From Methanobacteriota archaeon (GTDB lineage Archaea; Methanobacteriota; Methanobacteria; Methanobacteriales; Methanobacteriaceae): a stretch of DNA of 64,000 nt. The translations under genes were made by a program, and so were the position numbers. The notes beneath the pieces are model-generated. The model did not search any database and was not told where the DNA came from. It worked only from the letters and a program-made list of their open reading frames with translations. Location of the stretch: the NCBI GenBank assembly GCA_963787255.1, contig CAWBCJ010000029.1, positions 512,001-576,000 of the forward strand. Reading direction: 5' to 3'. Below, in pieces: positions 1 to 10,818 of the stretch; the first letter of the stretch is position 1; each line of letters begins with the position of its first letter.

Positions 1-743
1 GCCCCAGGAACGTTTTCAGGGCCCCCGCGCAGATTAAATTCCTGAAATCCTCCATCAAGCCATTTTTTAATGGGTGTTCCCCTGCGAATATAAAGACCAC
101 CTATACCATTTGGTCCATGTATGGTGTGGGCAGATACTGAAATCAGGTCCACGGATACTTTATTTACATCTAAAGGTACTCTTTTGAATGTATGGGTGGC
201 GTCAGTATGGAAAAGAGTCTTCTTATCCTTACAAATTGTACCTATGGATTCAATGTCCTGTATAGTTCCTATTTCTTGATTAGCATGCTGTATGGAAACC
301 AAAATGGTTTCATCTGTTATCGCATCGCTTAATGCATCTAAATCAACAAACCCATTAGCATCTACATCAATATAGGATACTTTAAAACCCTGATTTTCTA
401 GAGCTTGAGCACTGTTTAGAACTGAAAAATCTTCAATTTTAGATATTATAATATGTTTACCTTTTTTATCACCGAGTGCATTTGCAACTCCTTTCAAAGC
501 CATGTTATTTGATTCTGCACTGCCTGAAGTAAAAACAAACTCTCTTGCAGATGCCCCTAAAGCGTTTGCTATACTTTCTCGGCTATTTTCTAAAGCTTCC
601 CGTGCTTCTACTCCCAGGGAATAACCAAAATCAGAGGTTGCAATGGCATAAACCTCCAGATAATATTTTTTCATCTCTTCAAAAACACTATCATCCACTC
701 TTGTCATTGATGCGTTATCCATGTAAATATATTTGTCAAACAT
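1..743 (-). CDS. iscS: Cysteine desulfurase (IscS/NifS family), 3' end outside the window
   Basis: Manual translation from ATG at 743: MFDKYIYMDNASMT...EFVFTSGSAESNNMALKG...HANQEIGTIQ...FHTDA...SAHTIHGPNGIGGLY. GGTGAGG RBS upstream. Not in the ORF track. Confidence 0.88.
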   Translation of the reverse strand, partial: MFDKYIYMDNASMTRVDDSVFEEMKKYYLEVYAIATSDFGYSLGVEAREALENSRESIANALGASAREFVFTSGSAESNNMALKGVANALGDKKGKHIIISKIEDFSVLNSAQALENQGFKVSYIDVDANGFVDLDALSDAITDETILVSIQHANQEIGTIQDIESIGTICKDKKTLFHTDATHTFKRVPLDVNKVSVDLISVSAHTIHGPNGIGGLYIRRGTPIKKWLDGGFQEFNLRGGPENVPG

Positions 744-754
744 AGTTACCTCAC

Positions 755-1174
755 CTAAATAAATAGAGTTATTTTCGATTCTCGAGCTTCTTTTATATAA
801 GTACCAACAGCGCCATAATCATCTATCAAATCCTGCCGGAGATCTTCCTTTTTAACTCCCATAATCTCCATAGTCATCTCACAAGCTATAATTTTACCGC
901 CCAGTTCCTTAAAATCATTCATCAGCTTTTCTAAAGACACTACGTTCGCTTTTTCCATCCTGCCTTTAATCATCCTTTTACCAATGCCCATCATGTTCAT
1001 TTTAGATAGCGAACCTTTTTCCAATCCACCTTTTTGAAGACGTTGAAGCCCCCAAAAAGTGAAGTAAAGAGATGCTTCCATTCCCATAGATAGTGCACCG
1101 TTTGCTATGATAAGCGCACTATATATTTTGTCCATATCTCCGCTATGAACAACAATTGTAGCTTTATCCGTCAT
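755..1174 (-). CDS. DsrE/DsrF-like (DsrE2) sulfur carrier
   Basis: SGDMDK, LYFTFWGL and IACEMTM motifs. Confidence 0.85.
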   Translation of the reverse strand: MTDKATIVVHSGDMDKIYSALIIANGALSMGMEASLYFTFWGLQRLQKGGLEKGSLSKMNMMGIGKRMIKGRMEKANVVSLEKLMNDFKELGGKIIACEMTMEIMGVKKEDLRQDLIDDYGAVGTYIKEARESKITLFI

Positions 1175-1182
1175 TTTAACAC

Positions 1183-1404
1183 CTACCTACGGATTTTAAT
1201 TTTCCATATCCCGTTTTCTTCTTCAATATCAATTAATTCTAGACCTAAGGCTTCAACAGCCATGGGTATTTCTTTTTTAGAAGCAGAATGGGTTCCTGTG
1301 ACCTCTACAATGTCTCCTGGAGAAGCTTTTTTCAAAGCTTTTCGAACTTCTACTAAAGGTACAGGACATGTTTCGCCCTTAACATCGATTTTTATTTCAG
1401 CCAT
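1183..1404 (-). CDS. tusA: TusA/SirA-family sulfurtransferase
   Basis: 73 aa with DVKGETCPVP (CPxP) motif. Confidence 0.88.
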   Translation of the reverse strand: MAEIKIDVKGETCPVPLVEVRKALKKASPGDIVEVTGTHSASKKEIPMAVEALGLELIDIEEENGIWKIKIRR

Positions 1405-1480
1405 TGGATCACCACTTTTTAAAATCCTTAAAATAAAGTATTTTAATTTGAATAAATAAGAAAAAGAATAAAGCTAAGGG

Positions 1481-1627
1481 TTATTCCTTTGTATATTCTT
1501 CTGGATTCTCTTCAAACATCTTTTTACATGCTGGAGCACAGAAATAGTATTTTTTGCCTTTATATTCGCTTTCAAATTTTGGATTATTTTCATCTACTTC
1601 CATTTTACATACTGGATCTACAGCCAT
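1481..1627 (-). CDS. YHS-domain small metal-binding protein (48 aa)
   Basis: Manual translation MAVDPVCKMEVD...YKGKKYYFCAPACKKMFEENPEEY; GAGGTG RBS; directly downstream of copA. Confidence 0.9.
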   Translation of the reverse strand: MAVDPVCKMEVDENNPKFESEYKGKKYYFCAPACKKMFEENPEEYTKE

Positions 1628-1696
1628 TTTTTTTCACCTCAGTTAATATTATATTATTAACTTTATGAGAATTAAATTTATAGAATTTTGGAAATT

Positions 1697-4132
1697 CTAT
1701 TTGTTGATATTTATCTTTTTTGCAGGCGGTACATATCCTTTAAGCAACAATGAAAGACTTACAACAGTCACTGAACTCAAAGCCATAGCAAATGCAGCAT
1801 ATTCTGGCCTGAAAGTTATGTTTATTGAATAAAGTGCACCTGCAGCCACAGGGATAAGTGCGGTGTTATATGCAAATGCCCAGAATAGATTCTGTTTAAT
1901 ACGTGACATTACCTTTTTACTGAGCTGAATTCCAGCTACAGAATCCATCAGATCATCTTTAATAAGCACTATTTTACCACTTTCTATTGCAATGTCTGTA
2001 CCACTTCCAATAGCAATCCCAACATCTGATTGGGCGAGTGCTGGTGCATCATTTATCCCATCACCCACAAATGCGATGATTTCGCCTTTATCTTGGAGTT
2101 TTTTTACCTCATTTGCTTTATCTTGAGGTAAAACTTCTGCAAGCACGTTTTCAATTCCAACCTGCCTTGATATTGCATTTGCAGTCCTTTCATTGTCTCC
2201 GGTAATCATGAAGACCTTAATTTTCATCTTTTTAAGCTCTTCAATTGCAGATTTAGTTGTTTCCTTTAATGTATCTGCTACTGCGATTATTCCAGCAAAT
2301 TTGTTGTTAACTGCAACTAGAATTGCTGTTTTTCCTTCATTTTCAAGCTGAAGTATTTTATCTTGATATTCTGTATTGATTTTAATTTCTCTATCTTTAA
2401 GAAGTGCTCTGTTTCCAACAAGTACTGCTTTTTCATCAATCACCGCGGTAACACCTTTACCTCCAAATGTATCAAAATTGACACTTTCTGAAAGCTGAAT
2501 ATTTTCTTCAATAGTTTTTCTAACAATTGCATCCGCGAGAGGATGCTGAGAATTCTTTTCAACACTTGCAGTAAATTTTAAGAGATTTTCAGCATCAAAT
2601 CCGACATTTATGATGTCTGTTACTTCTGGCTTCCCTTTAGTGAGAGTTCCAGTTTTATCAAATAGTATTGAAGTGATTTTTTCAGATATTTCCAGTGCTG
2701 AACCATCTTTAACTAGAATACCTAGTTCTGCACCTCTTCCAATACCAACTGTTACTGCTGTTGGTGTTGCAAGCCCCAGTGCGCATGGACACGCGACTAC
2801 AAGTACGGATATTAAAACCGTAAGTGCAAGAAGCAAAGTACTTCCATAAACAAAATACCAGATAGTAAATGCCGCAATAGCAATTGTAAGCACTGTGGGG
2901 ATGAAATAAGTCACGGCTTTATCTGCAATTCGTTCAACAGGGGGCCTTGATCCTTGAGCATCCTCAACAAGTTTAATAATTTGGAATAGTACCGTATCCT
3001 TACCAATTTTAGTTGCTTTGAATTTAAGAACTCCATTTTGATTAAAAGTTCCACCAATAACTTTCTTACCTTTATTTTTCATAACAGGGATTGATTCGCC
3101 AGTAATTACGGATTCATCAACGTAACTTTCACCTTCAATAACTTCACCGTCTGTTGGGATCTTTTCACCGGGTTTTACAATTATAGTTTCTCCTATTTGC
3201 AGGTCTTCAATAGGAACTTCAACTTCTTTCCCTTCACGAACTACAGTGGCGGTTTTTGGCTGTAATCCTACTAATTTTTTAATTGCTGTTGAAGTCCGCC
3301 CAATTGCCCTTGTTTCAAGATATCTGCCTAGTGTAAGGAAGGCTGCAAGCATTAAAGCAGTTTCGTAGAACATGAATTCTGGAGTAAGAACAATACTGAA
3401 TGTTCCAAGGATACTTGCACCGAAAGCTACTCCAATTCCCATGGAATACATTACATCCATGTTTAAAACTCTATTTTTAAGTGCACGGTAAGCCGCACTA
3501 AATATTGGATAGCTAACGTAAATAAACGGTATAAATGATATTATAAGGAACAAATAAGGCATTGGAATTGGAAGAGATGGATTAAGATACATAATTATTA
3601 TAAGGGGAATGGAAACACCGAATCCAACAATCATTCTATTTCTTTTGTTCTTTAAATCTTGAATTCTTACTTTTTCTTCTAAGTCTTCTGTTTCTTCTCC
3701 TTCAATTCCAAGATACTGGTACCCAATGTCTTCAATGGCGTTTTTCATATCTTCAACACTGACCATTCGTGGATTATAAATTACATAAGCTTTTTCAGAG
3801 CTTAAATTAACATTGACACTGCTTATTCCATCAAGTCTTCCAAGACCATCTTCAATGGCTTTAACACACATTGCGCAGGTCATTCCACCAATTTTAATGA
3901 CTACTTTCTCATTTAAAACTCCGTAACCCACATCTTCAATTGCTTTTTCAAGTTCAGGCAGCTTGACTTCATTGGGGTTATATTCAACTGTGACACGCTC
4001 AGTTCCAAAATTAACACGGGCTTCATCAACACCTTCAACTTCATTCAGTGTTTTTTCAATGTTTAGGGCGCATGAAGCACAACTCATTCCTGAAACTTTG
4101 ATTTCAGCTTTCTTTTTGGAGTTTCCTGTCAT
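1697..4132 (-). CDS. copA: Cu(I)-exporting P1B-1 ATPase
   Basis: Two GMxCxxC HMA domains, CPC, DKTGT, GDGIND, YN and MxxSS motifs. Confidence 0.95.
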   Translation of the reverse strand: MTGNSKKKAEIKVSGMSCASCALNIEKTLNEVEGVDEARVNFGTERVTVEYNPNEVKLPELEKAIEDVGYGVLNEKVVIKIGGMTCAMCVKAIEDGLGRLDGISSVNVNLSSEKAYVIYNPRMVSVEDMKNAIEDIGYQYLGIEGEETEDLEEKVRIQDLKNKRNRMIVGFGVSIPLIIIMYLNPSLPIPMPYLFLIISFIPFIYVSYPIFSAAYRALKNRVLNMDVMYSMGIGVAFGASILGTFSIVLTPEFMFYETALMLAAFLTLGRYLETRAIGRTSTAIKKLVGLQPKTATVVREGKEVEVPIEDLQIGETIIVKPGEKIPTDGEVIEGESYVDESVITGESIPVMKNKGKKVIGGTFNQNGVLKFKATKIGKDTVLFQIIKLVEDAQGSRPPVERIADKAVTYFIPTVLTIAIAAFTIWYFVYGSTLLLALTVLISVLVVACPCALGLATPTAVTVGIGRGAELGILVKDGSALEISEKITSILFDKTGTLTKGKPEVTDIINVGFDAENLLKFTASVEKNSQHPLADAIVRKTIEENIQLSESVNFDTFGGKGVTAVIDEKAVLVGNRALLKDREIKINTEYQDKILQLENEGKTAILVAVNNKFAGIIAVADTLKETTKSAIEELKKMKIKVFMITGDNERTANAISRQVGIENVLAEVLPQDKANEVKKLQDKGEIIAFVGDGINDAPALAQSDVGIAIGSGTDIAIESGKIVLIKDDLMDSVAGIQLSKKVMSRIKQNLFWAFAYNTALIPVAAGALYSINITFRPEYAAFAMALSSVTVVSLSLLLKGYVPPAKKININK

Positions 4133-4267
4133 TTATTTCTACCTTCTAAATTTCCCTAGTTTTATGATTTATATGTCAATATATTTTATAATAATTTTTT
4201 TCATAATAAATGATACAGTCTTCTTAAAATTAAAAAATTCTTTTATACTGTTTTTGAGATTATAATT

Positions 4268-6337
4268 TTATTTCTCAATTTTAAGGAATCTTGAATTAAA
4301 GGCTACTATAATGGTACTAACTGACATTAATATTGCCCCTGCTGCAGGTGTTAATATTATTCCATATGCATAAAGAACGCCTGCTGCAATTGGAATTGCA
4401 AAAACATTATATCCTGTTCCCCATAGTAAATTTTGCACCATTTTACTGTATGTTGATTTTGCAAGCTTTATTATATAAACAGCATCAAGAGGATTGCTTC
4501 TTACAAGGACTACGTCTCCAGCTTCGATAGCAACGTCTGTACCTGCACCAATTGCAATACCTATATCAGCTTGTGCAAGTGCAGGTGCATCATTGATACC
4601 GTCTCCAGTCATGGCAACAATTAAACCTTCAGATTGGATTTCACGGACTTTTTCTGCTTTTTCTTGAGGTAATACCTCTGCATAATATTTATCAAGCCCA
4701 ATTTCTTTTGATACCCATTCTGCAACTTCTTTTCTATCCCCTGTGATCATTATGCACTGAATTCCCATATCTTTGAGTTTTTCTATTGCCTCTTTGGATT
4801 CTGGTCTTATAATATCTGCAAGTGCAATAGCACCTTTAAGTTCTCCTTCAATAATTACAAAAACAATTGTTTTTCCCTCAGATGAGAGTTCATCTACTTT
4901 TTCATTTGAAATCTTGATATTTCGTTCCTTTAAAAATCCAGGACTAACCACTTCAACAAATTTTCCATTAATCTTACCCTGAACACCTTTTCCTGGGATT
5001 GATTTAAAATCTTCAACTTTAAATGTTTCTTTTGCAGATGCTACAACTCCTTTTGCAATAGGATGCTCAGAATACGATTCAAGTGAGGATGCATATTTTA
5101 AAACGTTATTTTTATCATATTTACTGCTTAACGGAACAACATCAGTTACTCCAAACTTTCCTTGTGTAAGTGTACCCGTTTTATCGAATATTATGGCATT
5201 AATATCTCGTGATCTTTCAAATGATCCACGATTTCTTATTAAAAGCCCATTTCGCGCTGATAGTGCTGTTGATACGGCTACAACCAGAGGAACTGCAAGA
5301 CCCAATGCATGGGGGCAGGCAATAACCATTACAGTTACGGCTCTCTCCAGTGCAAATTCAAATCCAAAAGTTGTAAGTCCTAACCATGCTAGAAGTGTTA
5401 AAAATCCGCCAGTGAGGGCTACTACAGTAAGTCCTGTTGCAAAACGGTCTGCAAGGTTCTGTGTTTTTGATTTACTTGCCTGTGCTTCTTCAACAAGGTT
5501 TATGACCTGTGAAATGAATGAATCTTCTCCTGTTTTCTTAATTTCCACGGTAATGGATCCATCTCCATTAATAGATCCGCCTATGACTTCAGCGCTAACT
5601 TCCTTAAATATAGGCTCTGATTCACCTGTAAGCATTGATTCGTCAAGAGATGTGCTTCCACTTATTATTTCTCCATCTACAGGGACTTTTTCCCCTGGCT
5701 TAATGATTACATGATCTCCAACGGATAGTTCATCTAACGGGACGTCTGTTGTGCTTCCATCAGGCATTATTTTATGGGCACTTGATGGCATGAGTTTAAC
5801 GAGTTCTTCAAGTGCTCTGGAAGCCCCCATTACAGATCTCATTTCCAGCCAGTGGCCTATAAGCATAATATCAATTAATGTTGCAAGTTCCCAGAAAAAT
5901 ACTTCACCCATAAGGCCAAAGACCACTGCACTGCTGTATAAATAAGCGCTTGTAATGGCAACAGAAATTAGAGTGTCCATTCCAGGAATACGGGATTTAA
6001 TTTGATTATAAAATCCTTTGAAGAATGGATAACCTCCATAAAAATAAACGATGGATGATAAGAAGAAAAGGATATATAAGTCTCCGGGAAATCTGAGTGA
6101 TTCACCTAAACCCATTAATTCTTGAATTGTAGGTGATAAAATGAGTATAGGTATGGTTATAATCAATGATATCCAGAATCGCTTTTTTAAATCCTGAATC
6201 ATGCCAGAATGGATGTGTTCACCATGTATTCTATGTTCTTCTTTCATTTGCTGGCCGCAAACAATACATTTACCTTTTTCTTCATGCCCTTCATGATTCA
6301 TATGTTTCATTTCATGCTTGGAATCATCATGATTAAT
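4268..6337 (-). CDS. copB: P1B-3 copper ATPase (CopB type); first ATG at 6310, probable true start is ATT at 6337
   Basis: His-rich N-terminus, CPH, DKTGT, GYN and MSxST motifs. Confidence 0.9.
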   Translation of the reverse strand: MNHDDSKHEMKHMNHEGHEEKGKCIVCGQQMKEEHRIHGEHIHSGMIQDLKKRFWISLIITIPILILSPTIQELMGLGESLRFPGDLYILFFLSSIVYFYGGYPFFKGFYNQIKSRIPGMDTLISVAITSAYLYSSAVVFGLMGEVFFWELATLIDIMLIGHWLEMRSVMGASRALEELVKLMPSSAHKIMPDGSTTDVPLDELSVGDHVIIKPGEKVPVDGEIISGSTSLDESMLTGESEPIFKEVSAEVIGGSINGDGSITVEIKKTGEDSFISQVINLVEEAQASKSKTQNLADRFATGLTVVALTGGFLTLLAWLGLTTFGFEFALERAVTVMVIACPHALGLAVPLVVAVSTALSARNGLLIRNRGSFERSRDINAIIFDKTGTLTQGKFGVTDVVPLSSKYDKNNVLKYASSLESYSEHPIAKGVVASAKETFKVEDFKSIPGKGVQGKINGKFVEVVSPGFLKERNIKISNEKVDELSSEGKTIVFVIIEGELKGAIALADIIRPESKEAIEKLKDMGIQCIMITGDRKEVAEWVSKEIGLDKYYAEVLPQEKAEKVREIQSEGLIVAMTGDGINDAPALAQADIGIAIGAGTDVAIEAGDVVLVRSNPLDAVYIIKLAKSTYSKMVQNLLWGTGYNVFAIPIAAGVLYAYGIILTPAAGAILMSVSTIIVAFNSRFLKIEK

Positions 6338-6476
6338 TTAAATTCCCCCCTAAATCTGGAGCATGAATTAATTTCTGAATCTGATTGCATAATAATTTTA
6401 GTATATTTATGATTAATTGTTTATAATTTTTTTTAACTGTCATTTAAATGATTTAAAACAAATAAATGTTTAAAAA

Positions 6477-7715
6477 TTAGGTACGAATGTCTTTAACAAT
6501 TTTACCTTCCTTCATCACCAGCATAACATTATCTGAGTTTCCAAGAGACTTTATATTGACAATTGGATCCTTTTTACTAATTATAATGTCTGCAAGCTTC
6601 CCTGGTTCAATTGTACCAAGTTTATCATCAATTCCAAGAAATTTAGCCGCATTTTTTGTCCCGGCCATAATGGCTTCTCTAGGACTCATTCCAATATTGC
6701 ATAAAAACCCTAATTCTTCCAAGTTAAGTCCGTGGGGAACAACACCACAGTCAGTACCCATTACAATCTTAACTCCAGCTTCGTATGCCTTTCGAATATT
6801 TGCATCGTGTACATCAACTATTTCTATGGCCTGTTTAATGCTGTATTCCGGTAGATTTCCAGCTTCTGCGAATTTTTTGTTGTGTTTTATAACCACGCAT
6901 GTAGGGATTAGATATGTCCCATGATCAACCATCATCTGAATTGCTTCATCGTCAAGGTATGTGCCGTGCTCTATTGAATAAACACCTGCTTTTAAAGCGT
7001 TTTTAATTCCTTCTATTCCATGTCCATGGGCCATTACTTTAACATTGTCGTGGTACTCTCCTTCTTGAACCATTACCTTTAATTCTTCAACTGTAAATTG
7101 AGTGTGTTCAGGACCGTCATTAGCGCTCATAACACCTCCAGTAACCATTACTTTGATGAAATCGGCTCCAGCACGAAGTATTTCCCTTACTCTTTTACGA
7201 ACTTCCGCTTCTCCGTCACAGATGCTTTCAGGAAGGCCAGGATATGATACTTTAATATCAAAACCTGAATTAAGCCAGAAATCAAAATGCCCGCCGCTTA
7301 TGGAGAGCGGCATGACGCTGATAAGCAGTCTGGGGCCAACAATCAAGCCCTCTTCAACCGCTCTTTTAACACCCATATCTGCAAGGCCAGCGTCTCGAAC
7401 TGTTGTTACTCCTGCATTAATTGTTTGCCTTAAATTATCTACTCCCCTATAAAAATAAAATGAAAGAGGTTTATAAATAGTATCTTCCATTTTAAACCCA
7501 TTGGCCATTATATGGACGTGGGTGTCAATAAAACCGGGTAGAATGAACATTCCATGGGCATCAATTCGTTTTATTTCCTCAGAGGGTACTGAAATTGAAT
7601 TTTCAGTTCCCACTTCAATAATTTGGTTTTCTTTAATTAAAATGGCGACGTTTGGAATGGATTCACCACCATTACCATCAATCAGCGTTCCGTTATAGAT
7701 GAGAGTGTATTTCAT
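6477..7715 (-). CDS. Metal-dependent amidohydrolase (prolidase-like subgroup)
   Basis: PGFIDTHVH, GGHFD, AHGHG, IEHG, GTD and GKLAD motifs. Confidence 0.88.
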   Translation of the reverse strand: MKYTLIYNGTLIDGNGGESIPNVAILIKENQIIEVGTENSISVPSEEIKRIDAHGMFILPGFIDTHVHIMANGFKMEDTIYKPLSFYFYRGVDNLRQTINAGVTTVRDAGLADMGVKRAVEEGLIVGPRLLISVMPLSISGGHFDFWLNSGFDIKVSYPGLPESICDGEAEVRKRVREILRAGADFIKVMVTGGVMSANDGPEHTQFTVEELKVMVQEGEYHDNVKVMAHGHGIEGIKNALKAGVYSIEHGTYLDDEAIQMMVDHGTYLIPTCVVIKHNKKFAEAGNLPEYSIKQAIEIVDVHDANIRKAYEAGVKIVMGTDCGVVPHGLNLEELGFLCNIGMSPREAIMAGTKNAAKFLGIDDKLGTIEPGKLADIIISKKDPIVNIKSLGNSDNVMLVMKEGKIVKDIRT

Positions 7716-7848
7716 TTTGTAACAGTCCTTAACAAATATTTTAAATATTATTTTTTAAGATTAAGTGATATTATGTCAATTGTTTAAAAAGTATTTTTTT
7801 ATTTTATTACATATAGGCTATCAATAAAAATTATATATTTTAACTATT

Positions 7849-8085
7849 CTATGATTCAAAGGTTTCAAGTGCCTTGTGGGCGCTGTTATAAATATTTTCG
7901 GGCCCAATAACCTTTGTTAATCTCAATTGTCCTAATTGATCTTTAAGTTCGGGCATGGCAGTTGCTATAACAAATTTAACGTTTTGTTTGGCTAATTCAT
8001 GATGTAAATTTTTTTATTATCTCTGCAGAAGTATAATCCATGGCTTCAAAACCACCAGCATCAATTACAAACCATTTTAGGGGAA
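7849..8085 (-). pseudogene. Remnant STAS domain of a SulP-type transporter
   Basis: PLKWFVIDAGGFEAMDYTSAEII, then a frameshift, then LHHELAKQNVKFVIA...VIGPENIYNSAHKALETFES*; no start codon or TM region. Confidence 0.6.
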
Positions 8086-8575
8086 ATAAGCCGCTAAATA
8101 ACATATTATGGCCCTTGCCGACTATTTTATTTTTTATATCTTTCATTTTTTTTAGTGCATAAATCATTTAATACTCAAATTATTACTATTAATTATTTGT
8201 TTAATATTATTTATTTATTTGTTATTTTTAGCTTTTTTAGGAAAAAACAGGCTTATATGTTTAATAATTTTAAAATATATATTATAAGAATTATTAAAGT
8301 AGTAAATAGTCCTTTAATGCACGTAAATCTAATTTAAAAGTATTTTAAAACATTATGGCTATGAAAATAATATCATAAAGAATAATAGATAAAACTTACA
8401 AAAAACAGTAGTGTATTAACATAATTCAGTTATTTCAGTTAAAAAGTGAGAAATCCTTCAGTAATTATCATTCAAATCTCTTTGCAATAGATCAAATTTA
8501 AATTAACCCGATAAATAACCGAATTTCTTAAAAACATATTATTATAACGATTATTTAAATGTAAAAGGTAATAAA

Positions 8576-9388
8576 ATGTCCAATAAAATTTTGCAACTAT
8601 ATGAAAAGGTGAGGGATGATTTAAAATTCCTTACAGCTTCTGATGTGAGAACAAAGATTATTATAGTTTTAAATGATGGATCAAAAAATTTAGGCGAACT
8701 TAAAGAAGAAACAAATCTTAATTCATCCACCATTTTACATGGAATGAGCCAGCTTGAAGAGAAAAACCTCATCTTTAAACAATCAGGAGGCTATTCACTT
8801 TCTCAAACCGGAAAAATAGTTGCACTGAACATCATAAATCTTATAAAAACTTCCACATCGCTTGGAGAAATAGAAAAAATATTTTTAAAGCACGAGATAT
8901 CTCCCATACCTGAATACTTACTGGAAAGCATTGGAAGTTTAAAGAACTCATTTGTAGTGGAATCTACACCTACGGATGTTATGAAGCCACATGCAGTCCA
9001 TGCAGATCTTATTCAAAATTCAAAAGACGTTAAATATATTTCCTCTGTTCTGCTTCCTCAAAAAATAGAATCATTTGAAGAAACACTTGAAAAAGGTTCT
9101 CTTCAACTTATTTTAACGTCGGAAATACTTGACAAATGGATTGAGATAAAGGGCAGAGAAAATTTGAAAAATGCGCTTTTAGAAAAGGATTTTAAGCTAT
9201 GGAAGATAAATGGCAGTGCTAAGATGTCATTTACTGTATCTGATACTTTTATTGCATTGGGATTGTTTTCAACTGATGGAATTTACGATCTTCACAAATA
9301 TTTAATTGCTAAAGACGAAGAAGCTATTGAATGGGGAAATAGACTGTTTGATTATTATTTGAAGCGATCTAAAAAAGTAAAACTATAA
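8576..9388 (+). CDS. Winged-helix transcriptional regulator (DUF1724/FilR1-like)
   Basis: N-terminal wHTH (SDVRTKII...Y.LS.TG); C-terminal ALGLF..DG.YD...A.EWG..LF.YY. Confidence 0.8.
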   Translation: MSNKILQLYEKVRDDLKFLTASDVRTKIIIVLNDGSKNLGELKEETNLNSSTILHGMSQLEEKNLIFKQSGGYSLSQTGKIVALNIINLIKTSTSLGEIEKIFLKHEISPIPEYLLESIGSLKNSFVVESTPTDVMKPHAVHADLIQNSKDVKYISSVLLPQKIESFEETLEKGSLQLILTSEILDKWIEIKGRENLKNALLEKDFKLWKINGSAKMSFTVSDTFIALGLFSTDGIYDLHKYLIAKDEEAIEWGNRLFDYYLKRSKKVKL

Positions 9389-9459
9389 TTAAGTCATTTT
9401 TAAGCAAATAAATAAAAAATTAAGATTTAAACGTTTAAATTTACTGGAGTGAATTTTAA

Positions 9460-10581
9460 ATGAGCAAAATAACCCGGATTTTAATGATAGAGGATAATTA
9501 TGGTGATGTCAGGATCATACAGGAAATGCTTAAAGATGTTAAAGGGTTTAAATTTGATTTTAAACACGTTGAAAGCTTTGAATCAGGATTAGATTGCCTT
9601 AAAAAGGATGAATTTGACGTATTATTACTTGATCTAAATTTACCAGACAGTTTTGGGATCGATACTTTCTTTAAAGCACAAAAAAGCATTCCAAATTTAC
9701 CTATTGTTATATTTAGTGGAGCAGCTGATGAAAAAGTCGCGATAGAGGCTGTACATGAGGGTGCTCAAGATTACCTTATGAAAGGAGAAGTTGAGGGAAA
9801 ATTATTGGCACGTTCTATATTTTATGCAATTGAACGTAAGCAGTCTGAAGAAGAACTGAAAAAACACAGGGATCATCTGGAAGAGCTGGTTGAAAAAAGG
9901 ACTCTTGGACTAAAGGAAGCAAATAAACAGCTTTTAAGAGAAATAAACGAGCGTAAACAGGCTGAAGAAGAAATTAGGGCATCTCTTGAGGAGAAAAAGA
10001 TATTGCTTGACGAGATCCAGGAGAGAATCCAGAATAGCCTACAGATAATTATTAAAATTATTGACGGAGAATATTTTCAAAATGGATATAAAAATCTTGA
10101 TGATTTCAATCAGGAGATTCAAAACAGGGCAAAAGCAGTTGAACTCATTAATGAAATGCTTTATCAATCAGAAGACTTCGCAATGATTGATTTTGCAGGT
10201 TATATAAGGAACTTAACCAATTATCTTTTTGATTTTTACGCTGTTAATTCTCGTTTAATTAATCTGGAAATGGATATTGAAGGAATACCTCTTGATATTG
10301 ATGTGGCAATCCCCTGTGGCTTAATTGTCAATGAACTGGTGATAAATTCCATTAAACATGCATTTGGGGAAAATGGTGGTAAAATATACATTGGATTACA
10401 TTCGGGTAATAAAAATACAATATTAACTGTTGCAGATAATGGAAAAGGCATTCCAAATAATTTTAAACTTAAAAACACCGATACTTCTGGATTTAGACTG
10501 GTAAATAAATTAGTACTTCAACTTAATGGGAGAATAGAGTTAAATAGGGATGATGGAACAGAATTTAAAATCATATTTTGA
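9460..10581 (+). CDS. Receiver + HisKA_2/HATPase hybrid with degenerate H-box
   Basis: REC domain (EDN, LLDLNLPD, YLMK); N-box NELVINSIKHAF; G1 DNGKG; H-box reads EIQERIQNSLQ. Confidence 0.85.
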   Translation: MSKITRILMIEDNYGDVRIIQEMLKDVKGFKFDFKHVESFESGLDCLKKDEFDVLLLDLNLPDSFGIDTFFKAQKSIPNLPIVIFSGAADEKVAIEAVHEGAQDYLMKGEVEGKLLARSIFYAIERKQSEEELKKHRDHLEELVEKRTLGLKEANKQLLREINERKQAEEEIRASLEEKKILLDEIQERIQNSLQIIIKIIDGEYFQNGYKNLDDFNQEIQNRAKAVELINEMLYQSEDFAMIDFAGYIRNLTNYLFDFYAVNSRLINLEMDIEGIPLDIDVAIPCGLIVNELVINSIKHAFGENGGKIYIGLHSGNKNTILTVADNGKGIPNNFKLKNTDTSGFRLVNKLVLQLNGRIELNRDDGTEFKIIF

Positions 10582-10818
10582 TTTTTATCTAAATAATTCT
10601 GTTTTATTTTTTTCCGCTATTAAAATACTAATATTCTTATTTTTTTTAAAGTAAAATTGAGCTTAAACTTTGTGATTTAGCTATTTATGATAATTTTTAG
10701 GGAGATTTAAATTGTTTTAACATTTATTTTTCTTAAATTCAGTTTTAAATGAAAAAATATATTAATACTTTTTAATAAAAATATAAAACAAAGTAATACA
10801 TAAATGGAGGTGAAATTC

